Counted from the first letter of the stretch, positions 1 through 12,587 are shown. The stretch: 64,000 bases of DNA from Sphaerodactylus townsendi (GCF_021028975.2 NC_059427.1:68572001-68636000); one strand, 5' to 3'. The notes: generated by a model from the letters alone, not told the origin. Numbers and translations: made by a program.

Positions 1-884
1 CATCTTTGAGAAATTTCCCTTTCTGAAGGCAAATGTAACTACATTAGTAGTTGTCACTTGTTCGTATGCAGAGATACTGAATCTGACAGCATTGTGGTCG
101 CTGTTCCCTATCGGCTCAACAACACTGACTTCCCGCACTAGGTCCTGGGTCCCACATAGAATTAGATCTAGGATCACATCTCCCCTGGTTGGTTCTATAA
201 CCATCTGCTCTAAGCCACAGTCATTTAGCATATCCAGGAATGTTCTCTCCTTACTGTGACCTGAACATGCATTTTTCCAGTTTATATGGGGATAGTTAAA
301 ATCGCCCATTACCACGACATTTTTGCTTTTGTTGGCCTCTCTAATTTCTTTTTCCATCTCAGAATCCTCTTGTGCACTTTGGTCAGGGGGACGATAATAT
401 ATTCCTAATGTTAAACTATGCTTCACCCCTGGTATTGATATCCACAGTGCTTCTGTAGAGGAATCAGCTCCCCCTGCATTGTCTATTTTATGTGACACTA
501 TGCTCTCTTTGATGTAGAGGGCCACCCCACCCCAATACGCCCTGTCCTATCCTTCCTGTAGAGCCTGTAACCTGGGATAACAGCATCCCACTGGTTCTCC
601 TCATTCCACCATGTCTCTGTGATGCCCACTATATCAATGTCCTCCTTCAAAACTCTGTACTCCAGCTCCCCCATTTTAGGTCGAATGCTTCTACTATTAG
701 CATAGAGACACTTGTATACTCTGTCTCTGTCCCTAACCTGGGATTTATGTGTTTTGCCCTCTAGCCTTTTGTAGTCACTATCACTTATCACATTGCTATG
801 CTCCTCGCTTGTATGCGGTTGATTTAGAAAAACCTCCCTCTCTGTCTGCATCCCCATGGACTCTGTATTCCGAAACGAAGTCAC
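1..884 (-). pseudogene. CR1 ORF2 N-terminal APE endonuclease with one frameshift near 530
   Basis: CLYANSRS, DIVGITETWW and GYRLYRKDR; after a 1-nt shift in a G-run it reads GVALYIK...GIYYRPP...VMGDFNYP...LDLIL...NSDHNAVRF, open to position 1. Confidence 0.92.
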
Positions 885-913
885 CTCAGCTCCTGTCGGC
901 TTTCCCCCAGGGA

Positions 914-1282
914 TCAGTTTAAAAGCTGTTCTGCCACCTTTTTAATGTTGAGCGCCAGCAGCCTGGTTCCTCTTTGGTTAAGATGAAGACTGTCCCTTTT
1001 GTACAGGCCTGCCTTATCCCAAAAGGTTCCCCAGTTCCTGACAAAGCTGAAACCCTCTGCCTTACACCACATTCTCATCCACGCATTGAGACCCAGTATC
1101 TCCGCTTGCCTAGCTCGTCCTGCGCGTGGAACAGGTAGCATTTCGGAGAACGCCACCTTGGGGGTCCTGGATTTTAACCTTTTTCCTAGCAGCCTAAATT
1201 TAGCTTCCAGAACCTCCCGGCTACATTTCCCAATGTCATTGGTACCAATGTGGACCACAACTGACTCCACCCCAGCACTGTC
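914..1282 (-). pseudogene. CR1 ORF1 C-terminal SGNH/GDSL esterase domain (5'-truncated)
   Basis: VVVHIGTNDI (block III) and DSLHLN (DxxH, block V) motifs; the N-terminal GDS block is missing because of the truncation. Confidence 0.9.
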
Positions 1283-1410
1283 ACACATGTAACACAACCT
1301 CCTTAAGTGACTTATATTCTCAGAAAACAGAAAAAAAAAACATAGGCAGATTTGACTTGCCTGTAAGATGTTTACACATGTAACACAACCTCCTTAAGTG
1401 ACTTATATTC
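1283..1410. repeat. 37-bp direct duplication flanking an inverted copy of 2099-2153
   Basis: acacatgtaacacaacctccttaagtgacttatattc occurs at 1283-1319 and 1374-1410; 1317-1374 is the reverse complement of 2099-2153. Confidence 0.95.
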
Positions 1411-2777
1411 CTAAATAGGATTATATCCTTCTGAGTCCTCTGAAGTTTAGGAGGGTGTACCTCTGCTTACAATATCAATTAGGATTTAAGCACAGCTGTG
1501 CCTTGACATCAAAATCTTGTAGAACCTGGTGCAATCATATTGACAGTGCCAATACTCCAAAGGTGTACTTTAGGGGTATTTATATTCCAGTAAATACATG
1601 GCACTTCTATATGAAGCTAGTATATTAAACCACATAAAATTACTGCAGCAATTTTGTATTAAATGATGGTATCGTATATAAACTTGGCTTAGCCAATAGG
1701 TAACTTTTGAATTATCACATTAGGTTATGCATCTGGGTTATAATAGGAGTCCGTATTTAGGAAATCTCACATTTTCCCTCCAAATATGGAAAATGCCAGG
1801 CTTGCCTAGAAACGTATTGTTTTATTTTCACATGGGAATTGGTTTGCCATACATGTAAGGGGTGTATTTCATAGAATGTGTTCTGCCTTTGCTGTCACTG
1901 CTTAGACAATGGGCTGCAATATGGCTCAAGTGATGACAATGGGAGTTAGGGGGGCTGCATATTGCTGTAATATTGCTGCAATATGCAGGGGGGCTGCATA
2001 TTGTTAGAGCTGAAAATTAGAGCTGAGATTGTATGTATGTCCAGTTATGTTTGGGGAATACATTAAATATGCTGTACACACTATGAAGGGGAGTGCTATA
2101 AACATCTTACAGGCAAGTCAAATCTGCCTATGTTTTTTTCTGTTTTCTGAGAAAAGTCAGCTACCCAACATATATGGATTTTTTGTCCTTTGCTTTTTGT
2201 GTACATTCTGTGGTTTTTTTCTTGTAGCTGGGTCACTATGTTTTCCTTTACACCCCAGGATTCGTTCAGGTTCATGTGTATACCATTTATGTAACAAATG
2301 CTGGCTCACTTTTTCAAACTAATAGCAACAGATATTTGAAAAAGATTTGTTCTAGAAGGTGCTTACCATCCATTCTGCTTTGACTTCTCTCATGCCAGCA
2401 AAAACAACAACAAAACCCCGAATAATAAGAAATGTCTGAGGTACCCAAGAGCAGGTGCACTGCTGAGCAGCAGTAAATCCTTTCAACAAACATTATTCCT
2501 CTGCCTGGCTTATGCCAAGGCAACCTTGGACCTCTGAGCAAAGATGACTCTCTGAATAAGCAGTTGGCAAATAATAAGAGTAATGAGTTCTGCATTCTTC
2601 TCTCTTTGAGGAAAACTACTTTTTATGAGGTACTATAGCGTGCAGTATGATTGTTTATTAGCAGTGCTGTTTTGCAGAAGTTGCCTCTGCTACTTGAGAA
2701 GGTATTTAGCAAAGAAGGGGAAAATGAGAACAGAGCTGGTAGGGGAGAGCTCTCATCACTGCAGGCGTGTTAACTGA

Positions 2778-3375
2778 GGCCAAATCCCCACCGGGAAATT
2801 CAATCTAAATCAAACCAAGTTTGAAAACAAACTGCACCTTTTTATCGAGGTTTCAACCTCCCCACCGCAGCATGTTTCCAGTGAAGACATCTAGGCCTAT
2901 CTCGGATTCAAGAAATGTAACAATCCCCACTACCACACGATCAGCTTGGCGGGTCTCTCCTGATTGGCTGTCGTGCCATGTTGGGGTGGGACCTTTTTTT
3001 TCTCCTGCAAAAACATTCTCATCACGTCAGCATGTCTCCCCCACCCAAGTTTCTAGTTGGTTATTGTTCTCTCGCACTCTTGCAAGAACAGCACCACGCA
3101 CACTGATTGGTTGTAAGGCATTTGCACCACGCTCCACAGCAGGAAATTTGAACCAGGATTAGACCCCCCAATCCCCCTCCAAACAGGATCGAAGACGTGT
3201 TTTTTTGAAAAAGTAGTACTTTCAAGCAGGTTCGGCAAAGATGCAGGATAAGGGGGAGAATGACTGCCAGAACCGGGATGAATCCTTGTTCGTCAGCCAG
3301 GCAGTGAGGAGTTCTTCCTGAATCCTTGATATTTCACATGAGTATCGTGCAATTAATTGATCGTGGGAATCGGCC
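2778..3375. mobile_element. Possible degraded PIF/Harbinger-like MITE
   Basis: Imperfect TIRs ggccaaatccccac / gtgggaatcggcc and a CpG-richer interior; no clean TSD. Confidence 0.4.
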
Positions 3376-3556
3376 ACAGTCGAAATTAAAATTATGGCCC
3401 ATGATACATGGAACACTTACCTTGGGGCTTTCCACTGTGCAGTGGGCTTGTAGTGGGGTCTCCTCATATTTCTCTGTTCACACACAAGGAGGCTATCACT
3501 CCTGCATGCAGTTTTTCTGCAGAGAACTCTCCCAGGCTTGCTTTTCCTGGTTCTCT

Positions 3557-3640
3557 TAACTCCACCCATCAAGTCATTCTTGTACTGATCCTGCTTACCT
3601 TCCAAGATTTGATAAGATCAGGCTATTCTATGCCACCTTT
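3557..3640 (-). mobile_element. 5S rRNA-derived SINE head fragment
   Basis: The reverse complement gcctgatcttatcaaatcttggaaggtaagcaggatcag...acttgatggg resembles 5S gcccgatctcgtctgatctcggaagctaagcagggtcgg...acttggatggg. Confidence 0.6.
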
Positions 3641-4294
3641 TCTCCCCCAATCATCAAATAAATGTCCATAGGAAGGAAGTGAGAGAGCTTGTAACAGAGG
3701 AAAGAGACCAGGAGGAGAGATGGACTATTTGAGACCTGTAATTTAGAAATGTTACTAAAGTATTTGTAGATTTACATTACTAATCGAGCAATGATCCCTG
3801 GAGATGATGAACACTACACCCATCTCTACTAGTCTTCTCCCTCTTTGTATATTTAAACAGGAAGAAAATGGAATGTGACACACTATCTCACAATAGTATA
3901 ATCTCCAAGTACCAATAATGGTGCATTCTCATAATATGCATGTAATGAGGGCAGATGAGTGCAAATATCTCCTAGACTTTAAAAGCCATCTTCTTGGTAG
4001 AGAAATCATTAACCTTAATCTTGGATATTTAAAACAACAACAAATCATCTGGAACAACATAACTGATGTTTTTATGTATATGCCCTGGAAGAAAAATAGA
4101 ATCAATACAAGACATATAATGCCATTTATATTAAGGGGACTTTAAACACTTCTGCTTTCATGCTTCATGTAAAGTGGTAAATGTGGTATATCCCCCATGC
4201 ATGTTTCAAAAAGTTAAAAATGCAAGCTTAGAACCTTCTGCAATCCCCAACATTAGCAGATAGAATTGTCAGAAAGGAAATATTTTTTTTTTTT

Positions 4295-4423
4295 GGGTGC
4301 TGTGTGGTTTCCGGGCTGTATGGCCGTGTTCTAGCAGCATTCTCTCCTGACGTTTCGCCTGCATCTGTGGCTGGCATCTTCAAACCACACAGCACCCAAG
4401 TGATTCCGGCCGTGAAAGCCTTC
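4295..4423 (-). mobile_element. Penelope-like element pseudo-LTR fragment with inverted tail
   Basis: Minus-strand pLTR 4295-4382 is joined to the plus-strand tail aaaccacacagcaccc...gtgaaagccttc; flanking duplication ggaaatattttt at 4276-4287 and 4424-4435. Confidence 0.85.
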
Positions 4424-4480
4424 GGAAATATTTTTGTTTGTTTCTCGAGCTGTAAAATTATATTACGACATCCGGGGTGC

Positions 4481-4690
4481 ATGTGTGTATTAAGTGCCGT
4501 CAAGTTGCTTCTGACTCCTGGTGACCTTAGGAATCAATGTTTTCCAAAATGTCCTATCATTAATAGCCTCACTCAATTCTTGCAAATTGATAGTTGTGAC
4601 TTCCTTTATAGGGTCAATCCATCTCATGTTGGGTCTTCTCTTTTCCTGCTGCCTTCCACTTTTTATAGTAATATTGTATTTTCTAGAGTT
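4481..4690 (-). mobile_element. RTE-BovB clade LINE 3' end
   Basis: RRPNMRWIDPIKE...LQELSEAINDRTFWKTLI...QLDGT* matches the typical RTE C-terminus. Confidence 0.8.
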
Positions 4691-4712
4691 GCCAGCAGAT
4701 ATTTTGAATACT

Positions 4713-4783
4713 GAGAGAGAAAAGAGAGAGAGAGAGAGAGAGACAGACAGAGACAGAGACACAGAGACACAGAGACACAGAGA
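4713..4783. repeat. (GA)n / (GAGACA)n microsatellite
   Basis: Directly visible. Confidence 0.95.
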
Positions 4784-4826
4784 GGGGGGCGGTTATAAAG
4801 TTTATACAGTATGAAGTACATGGAGG

Positions 4827-4962
4827 CAGTGGTGGGATTCAAATAATTTAACAACCGGTTCTGGTGGTGGGATTCAAAGAATTTAACAACTGATTGTTTG
4901 CAAGCACCATTTTAACAACTGGTTCTGCCGAAGTGGTGTGAACCTGCTGAATCCCACCACTG
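4827..4962. mobile_element. 136-bp hAT MITE (copy 1)
   Basis: Perfect 15-bp TIR cagtggtgggattca and perfect 8-bp TSD catggagg. Confidence 0.95.
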
Positions 4963-7900
4963 CATGGAGGGCTTATTTTTGTGCACATTGTTTAGAGGTC
5001 TGTGAAATGAGGTTTGATGGAGCAAATTTTCCTTAAATTTGTGTAAATAGCAAGGAAGTTGTTTTTCTTCCTGCTGAGTGGAAGTGGACAGAAAGTCACT
5101 TGCAATGCAATTTGTCCGCAATCTTGAAGAAGAGAAGAATTTGTACTACCCTTTTGTTGAAGTAGAGTATGAATGGACTTCTCATTCCTGAGATTAGTTT
5201 GTTTGGCTGACCTTTTCTTGGGTCTAGAGAGCAAAGGGGGGGGGGGGGGGGGAAGGCAAAATATCTTAAACAGCTACAACAGAAAGATTGAGCAACAAGG
5301 AGGTATGGAGGGAGGAAGTCTTTGACCACAGTATCATTTGTTGCTCTTTTTGCATCTCCCTAGGATAAAGCTCCATCGTGACATCCATTCCATTAAATAG
5401 GGCATGTTCAAAAGAGAAAATTGCCACTATTTTCCCCATTTACTGCCATGAAAAATTGATCCCACATTGCATCCTCGTTTCAGTGACAGCTTTAAAAAAA
5501 TCTCATTTTGCTCTGAGACAGCTTCATAAAACACTTTTTATAAATAAAAGAAACATGAAGGATCATTTAATAAACAGGTTTCACCGGCAAGATGGCTTCC
5601 TTAGAGTAGAGGAAGGGAAAATCATTAAATAAAGTATAACTTTATTTCTCTCCTACTCATGGGGCAAACAATCTAAGAAAAGAAATTTGATTGGAATTTT
5701 GCTGGATTTACTGCTGCTAGCTGGCCTCACCCATGGTAATACCCATGCCCAGGGTGAGGGTGGCCAGAACTGTTTCTTCAATGAGTTGAGGCTGCAAAAT
5801 CTGGCTGGTCCCAAGCTTTAAAAAGCTTACAATTTCCAAAAGCATACAGAATTTTTTTTTACACTGTGAGAATTACAGGACTGCAGAGCTAGTAAAGGAC
5901 AAGGGGTTCAATCTGATAAGCTTTCTGATATTTCCCTTCTCCCCCTTGTAGCTCCTTTGCAATTCCCTTGCAGGATGAAATAGACACAGTTGAGTTTCTA
6001 GAAAGGAAGAGAGGTATCATTTTATTTAAGTGATAAATTTCTAAATCACATGCTCAAAAAAAGTTATTTCCAATAAAAAAATGCAACAAAATAAAAACCA
6101 ATGAAGAACAGGGGAAGACAATCTGAAATTTTAAAATCACTGAAATCAGCAGCTATAATTACTTCTAAAAATCTGTGATTACATTTGAAAGACACTTAGT
6201 GAAAGCTGTTAGACTAGTCCACAAAGGTACCCCAAATCTCAAAGCAGCAAATATATAATGCATCTTAACAACATTCCTAGATGCTATAATCTGCAGTGTA
6301 GCATTGGGATTTTTTAAATTCTTCCTCTGAAATCCTGTCCCATTTCCTCATCAGTCAGGGCAAAAGGATTTAGACTCTCTGTCCATAAAGAGAATGAAAA
6401 ATGAGTCTTTGTCATGCAGGGTTTCCATGATCAGCTCAGAAGATCCTGAAGGTCATGGGCTTTAGCTGCCCAGCTAAATCACAGCAAAATTACAAATCAT
6501 GGAATAGGTAATAAAATAGCAAGAAAGAATTTTTGGAATCCATCACCTCACCTGTACACGCCTTTTTTTGTCAATGAATTAGAGTATTGTTATTTCATTC
6601 ATTATTGTTTCATTATTTCATTATTATCATTCCATTATTTTTCATTATTTTATTTGATTTCTGTGATGTGACTTCGAGCAAATTTGACAGGGTTACAGAA
6701 TGACATGATGGGCAGGAATTAATGGCAAATTTGTGACTGCAGGCAAAAATTGGGGGAGGGGATTAGAATAATGATGGGAAGCAGATTGCATCATGTTGTA
6801 ATGGCCAGCTTTTGTGGGATCCCAGGGAACTCATCACATAATGAGATTGAAATGAAAGGGACAATAAAGCCATATCACAATGCAAGCAGGTAATATGAAA
6901 GAAAGAGAAATTTCAGTCTGACTGAATGGTGTACAAATCAAAGAAATGGAGTTAATTTAGAGCTTAAGGGAGGCAGTTCATTATTCTAATATGAATCACC
7001 CTTTTTAAATAAAAGGCACTTTTAAAATACAGACAGAATGCTGACTAATATTAGGGTTTCCAGAACTTTGGTGAATTGCCAGTTGTTTCCATACTAAGAG
7101 CTATAGCTCTACACTGTTGACTCTAAATGATGACTATAGCGTGTCCTTCCTTAAAGGTGCACTAGACCATTTATGATAAAAATAGAGATGCATAACTTGA
7201 ACATTGAGGTTGTACAAACTCAGTCACCAGTGCTTACATTATACTTGTGGTGTGTTCCATGTCCACTATCATTCCACACTGGTAGGAACCACATGGGATG
7301 GACATCATACAAATGGATCTTTAGGTCATTTGTATACAGGGTTTCTACCACCAAGATACGGTAGAGGTTAGTTCCTTGCTGCTGATTCTCTGTTTCCTTC
7401 TCCATTGGTATACGTCTGGCTTTTCATTTCAGACCTATGTCTGAGGCCAACAAGTTGCCCCCATCAGTTAGTTGTTTGTTACTTTTCTGCCTTTTACTTG
7501 CTAGAAGAAAGGAAGCAGGAAATCAGCTGCCTAGAATGATTTGTGACAGCTTAGGAAAAAGGAAGGGACTGAGCAGTTCTCACTTATTGTCTCCTTTTTG
7601 TCTCATGCAAAGATCCATTAGAATGTGGCATGTCGTAGGTATTCTGCATCCTGTTCAAAAATATTGTAGGTAGTTGTTAAACCATTTGAGACAAAAATTG
7701 TATGTTTTTCTCTCTTTGTACAGTGCTTAACATAATGGGTCCCTCATGTGTGTCTGGCACAAAGATGTCTCTTATTCACATAGTAATGGTTTGTTTTAAA
7801 ACCTCAAATGTAAACAGCCTGTGCTTTAGTTGGTGAACTAGGGTCATGTTCATACCTTTTATGCACTTTAGTTACATTTGGATTAATGCTGATTTCCATA

Positions 7901-8715
7901 GCAATTGCTGTTTTATGCAGCCGTAGCTCCACCACACAGGAGCCAGTAGTGGTTTGGTTTACTCTGCCTGTAGATGAAACTGGTAAAAGAACTGGTGTGC
8001 TCCAGTTCAAAACTGTGTTGGCTGTCCACAAAGCCATAATTAAAAATAAGGGAAGGAAGAGGATCAAATACTGGAAAAAGCTCAATCCCTTCTGCACTCG
8101 GTAGTAGTGATTAGGCCAACCAACCCCAGAATTCCCTCTAAGTGAGAAACAGCTGCACAAATGGTGTCCCACTCCTTTACCAATGAATTCAAGAGAATCT
8201 ATGGGTAAAAATGCCAGTGTAAAAATGGGTAAAAATGCCAGCTTCTATTCCCGTTGCCATGTTCAAGCAACTCTGAATAATGTGAGCACTAGTTTTTAGT
8301 GGAAGAATCCTGCTTTTGTTGAGGATATCACATATGTTCTAGTTAACGGTGGTGGAAGACAATGGGTTTCTTTTCCCCTTAATTGTGAGCTAACATCAAT
8401 ACATCTTTCAGGCCATTGCATATGTAGGGGAATTTGCTGATGAGTTATCCATCTAGAAGGTGTTTTCAGCGAATGTCAGTTTATTGCTTTTGCAAATTTT
8501 CTTTTGCCTGTGCAGAACTGGCTGCCTCAGCAAAGTGTGCCCCGCGAAAGGACTGTCAGAGAAACAAAAACAAAAACTGATCTTTCAGGAAGTATAATCG
8601 TTTGCCATATTCCGTTGCCTTTTTAACTACTTCTGGTAACAAAGTCTATTTTGCCACTGGAGTTATGCAACAAGACTATAGAAATTACCCCAGTTGTTTC
8701 ACATGAAGCATTTCT

Positions 8716-8845
8716 TGTTGTTGTTGGGTTCTTATTTGTTTGTATGGCCATCAAGTTGACGCCAGCTTATGGTAACCCCATAGGGGTTTTAAGGGCAGGA
8801 GATGTTCAGAGGTGGTTTGCCATTGCCTGTCTCTGCATAGTAACT
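8716..8845 (-). mobile_element. Sauria SINE-like 3' fragment
   Basis: Reverse complement aggcaatggcaaaccacctctgaacatctc...ggggttaccataagctgg with an (AAC)n-like tail; homologous to 18720-18825. Confidence 0.65.
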
Positions 8846-11800
8846 CCTTCCACTCTACTCTCCTTCCACTTCAATACAGAGAATTTGTGAAATTAATTCT
8901 GGAATTGGCACATATATTATTTGCTGTAGATTCCGGTTCCTTCTGCTAAAAGATATGCTACATCATGTTCATAATGAGATGGCTGCATTTGCACGGTGCC
9001 TTGTTCTGCTGTCCTGAGCATCTCTAGGTGCAGATGTTTCCTACTTTTAAAATTTCCTTCTTTCCTCCCTCCAAACTTGTAATTTTCTGTCATGGGAATT
9101 CCAGGTATTCTTTCTTTCATTTGCTATGAACGTTTCCACGTTTAGCTGCTGCTGAAGCTTCAGTTTATAGCTAGGAGTTGACACTTCAGTGGATGCTACT
9201 CTAAATGTTAAACTCCGACTTAAAAGCTGTGACCTGTGACACAGTGGATAACTGAATTCTGCAGTTGATATCGAGCTGTGCTGTGCTGTTAGTTGCTCTT
9301 CTACAAATGGCCACTCCCAAAAGTAGCTTCAGACCACTGTAACCTTGGTCTCTGAAGTGGGATTTAACATGATTTTGCTTCTGGCCTCAGGACCTTCAAT
9401 GCTCAAGCCCTAAGGTGGGGGATGGGATGCCATAGAACTGTGACTGCTTCAGTGCTGCTCTCAAGAAAATACTAGCAGCAGATCTCCAACCTTCAGCCCT
9501 GAGATGAAATTATGCAACAAACTGTGATGTCATGCCGGTCAAACTATCATCTGTATAAAATTAAAAGTAAAATGGTTATGTAATCCCCAAGCAGGCAACT
9601 TAACTTTGTTTAGAAGGTACCGTTAGCCTTAAGTACCATGGCGCATTCCAACTTACTTGGTTATTTACAAAAAGAATGAATACATTGGAAGCAGCATCAC
9701 TTAGCTACTGAGAGCCTACAGAGAGACTTTGAAGGCAGGTTTTTCCCTGTGGAGATTGGAAAGACTAGGGAGGGAGAATTATGTTAATAGAAAAAAATGC
9801 ATTTGAGATTCAGAAGGAACAGGGATGCAAAGCTGGGCATTCCTTTCTGTAGTGTATTTTATTCTCTCATCCATTTTCTCTCATTTTCTGTCATTATTCT
9901 TTCATTATGAACTACAAGAATATTTTTTCTCTAGTCATAGTGAATCCACAGCCATGGTGATGTTAGAAGGCTGCAGAAAAATTAAAACAGTGGTCCCCAC
10001 ATAAAATGTAACATAACAACATGCAAGAGATGCACTGCATCTACACATGGAGTGTCAATTATTCTTCAGAGCAGCTCCATAGTGGTGCATTTTTGAAACA
10101 TTTCCACCTGATTCATTTCTGGTTGATTATTTTTACTACATGGTTCAGGGTGTTTTGTTCTGTCTTCCTACATGCTTGTAGATCATTTAAAAATGAACTT
10201 GCATACACCCATTTTCACATAGTCAGGTTGGCAGTGACTGTCCACCCTCGTGTTGTTTTGGTGGCCATATGCACATTTTTAGGGATGCTTATTTTGGAAG
10301 TTCCCTTTCCTTTGAAATAATAGGCCCCAAAAGTCCAAGGAATGCCAAATCAGTCTGCAGATACAGTGAAGAAAATATATGAAAGGATCGAGCTTGCTGT
10401 AATTTATTTATGTGTGTTCAAATGGCAGTTGGAGAATCGTATTCACATAGCATTGAATACCCACAAGTAGGAGAATGGAGGGTGGCTGACCTTTGTTTGG
10501 TGGGGATGGAGTCCACTGAAACCCTGAGAGTGGCAGAGGGGAGCCTTTCATTCCTCATCCTTGCGGTTGTTCCTCAGTGGCAAACAACGTAGGTTAAACA
10601 TTCCAAAAAGAAGGAAGTTGTTGAAAACATCTGCCTAGACAAATTTAGCTACCAAAAAAAGTGCTTTCCTCCAACAGGACGTTGTGTGATTAATTTTGAA
10701 ATTAATGTAAACTGTCTAAGCTACATGATGTAAAGAGACATTTCCATCAGATCCTCCCCAGAAGTAGACAGTAAATGGCACACAGTAGAACTGGATTATT
10801 TTGCACTAGTGCCCCCTGTCCACCGATGTCATTCTCAGATTCAGGCACTTCTGTAGTGAGTGAACCTACAATCTTGCTGATAACCCCTTTTGGAACTGAG
10901 GCTGGAAAAATATATGAGAAGCCCTTCAGAAAAGATCATTGACACTTTTGTAAAGTAGGGAAGGGGAGAAGTCCATTTCCATTCCGCTGCATCAACAGGG
11001 CAAATAGATGAAACTTTAATGTACTGATGCCCTAATGCGCTGTTCTATCTCATTCACTTTGCAGTGATTTACTCCTGTTATGAGAGCAGAACCAGAGTCC
11101 CCAGCCAGAAATGGTTCATGTCACGGGCACCACTGTTTGGCCTTCATCCATTATGTTAACAGGGGAAGAGGGATGTCCTGGAGTACTGGCTTCTTCATAT
11201 TTGTTTGTTAGCTCTGGAGTCTTAGCCTTGGTCCTTCCTAATGCTTTTTTCAGGACTTTACCGGCATAGAATTATAGGCCACAATTTGGCTAAACAGGCT
11301 GTATGATTAAATTAATGTGATTATCAGGAACCTTGTCCTTAGGAACCTTGTTCTATGGAAACTTTAACAAACAGGAGCTCTCTCATCCTCACTGTAAACA
11401 ATTTGGTCAGTGCAAATAGCTAGGATTGAATTCTCCTCCCTGTGACTCTACAGGAATGGGCAGGGAGGAATAAAAATGTTTGACGCTATCAGTCAAGATG
11501 CAGAGGAATGGTGTTTTGTTTCCCAGCTGTAGCTCACAGTTCAGTCACAGCCTGCACAGGCCCATCTGCAGCACTGCCTTTCCCTCCCTCCCCCCACACT
11601 GTCCCCTGTTCCTTGGAGAAATCAATATCATTCCCCCAAACAATAGCACAAGGCCTTAAGGAGATATTGATCTGTAGCAGAGTTGGAGGGGGGAGCGTGT
11701 GTAACACAGAGATGCTCTTTTGTAAGTGAAAGATAATTACCAGATCATAGGAACACTTCCTGAATAGGACAACATTAAATGGACGTCAAGGTGAAGGCCA

Positions 11801-12011
11801 CCAGTGCCTGTGAATGAAACATTAAAATAACGCCTTTCTCCTGGGTCATCATTGCCTAACAAAAGTATCTCCTCCCTTTTCTTCTATGTCCTTGCCATTT
11901 ATTCCTTTGCTGTGTCTGAAATGTTTTCTTTCTTTCTTTCCTCCTTTCATTTACATTTTTTCAAGTTTTCCACTTCCTACTCTCCTGAAATTGTGTGGGT
12001 CTTGTATACAT

Positions 12012-12102
12012 CTGGTTCTGGTGGGTTTTCCGGGCAGTGTGGCCAGAGCCCGGAAAACCCACCAGAACCAGTTGAATCCGGTCGTGAAAGCCTTCGACAA
12101 TA
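12012..12102. mobile_element. Penelope-like fragment folded as a perfect inverted repeat
   Basis: 24-bp perfect stem (12012-12035 / 12048-12071), tail gtgaaagccttcgacaata, and 12-bp TSD cttgtatacatc (12001-12012 and 12103-12114). Confidence 0.85.
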
Positions 12103-12587
12103 CTTGTATACATCGTTTTTGCTTTAATCCATAGAAATAAACTGATTCAGAAACTGACCTCACCCTTCTTAGATGCAGCAACACACTGCAACATGCATGC
12201 TACTAAAAGGGAATTTGTAACCATCCGCAGTACAGGTTTGAGGTAATAATAAATGGAAATTAATTTGTTTTTATGCTATAAAACTCAAATTAGAAGAATG
12301 GTTCTCAAAAACCAGTGTAGAACTCTATATTGATAATAGGACTGTGTCAAATATTCATCTATTTTTATCTCACAGTGGAGGGATTTCAGAAGTGTGAGAA
12401 CCATTTACCTTGTATGCTGTTGTTTACTGCCAATGTGTGATATGGTAAAAAATCATCTATGTTCAGCAGTGAACATTTAATTGTGGATATGCCATTCTAT
12501 TGATTACTGTTTTGCTCTTGATTGTAGGTCTTGTCAGTGGCAGACTGCCCCTACCCTACTCAGCCAACTTCTTTGTAAACATCCACC

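Larger units (their letters stand above)
1..1282 (-). mobile_element. CR1-clade LINE, young, 5'-truncated within ORF1; continues beyond the window start
   Basis: ORF1 esterase followed by ORF2 APE endonuclease on the minus strand; only one frameshift seen. Confidence 0.95.

Noticed and set aside
3557-3640. 5S rRNA gene (and tRNA genes at SINE heads)
   Set aside because: Partial, diverged and embedded in SINE context; not functional RNA genes.
4304-4714. 136 aa ORF and MPATDAGETSGEN-type peptides
   Set aside because: Translation across the non-coding Penelope pLTR and an antisense RTE fragment.
4827-4925. Repeated tttaacaac units resembling a CRISPR-like array
   Set aside because: They are subterminal repeats of a hAT MITE in eukaryotic DNA, with no unique spacers or cas genes.
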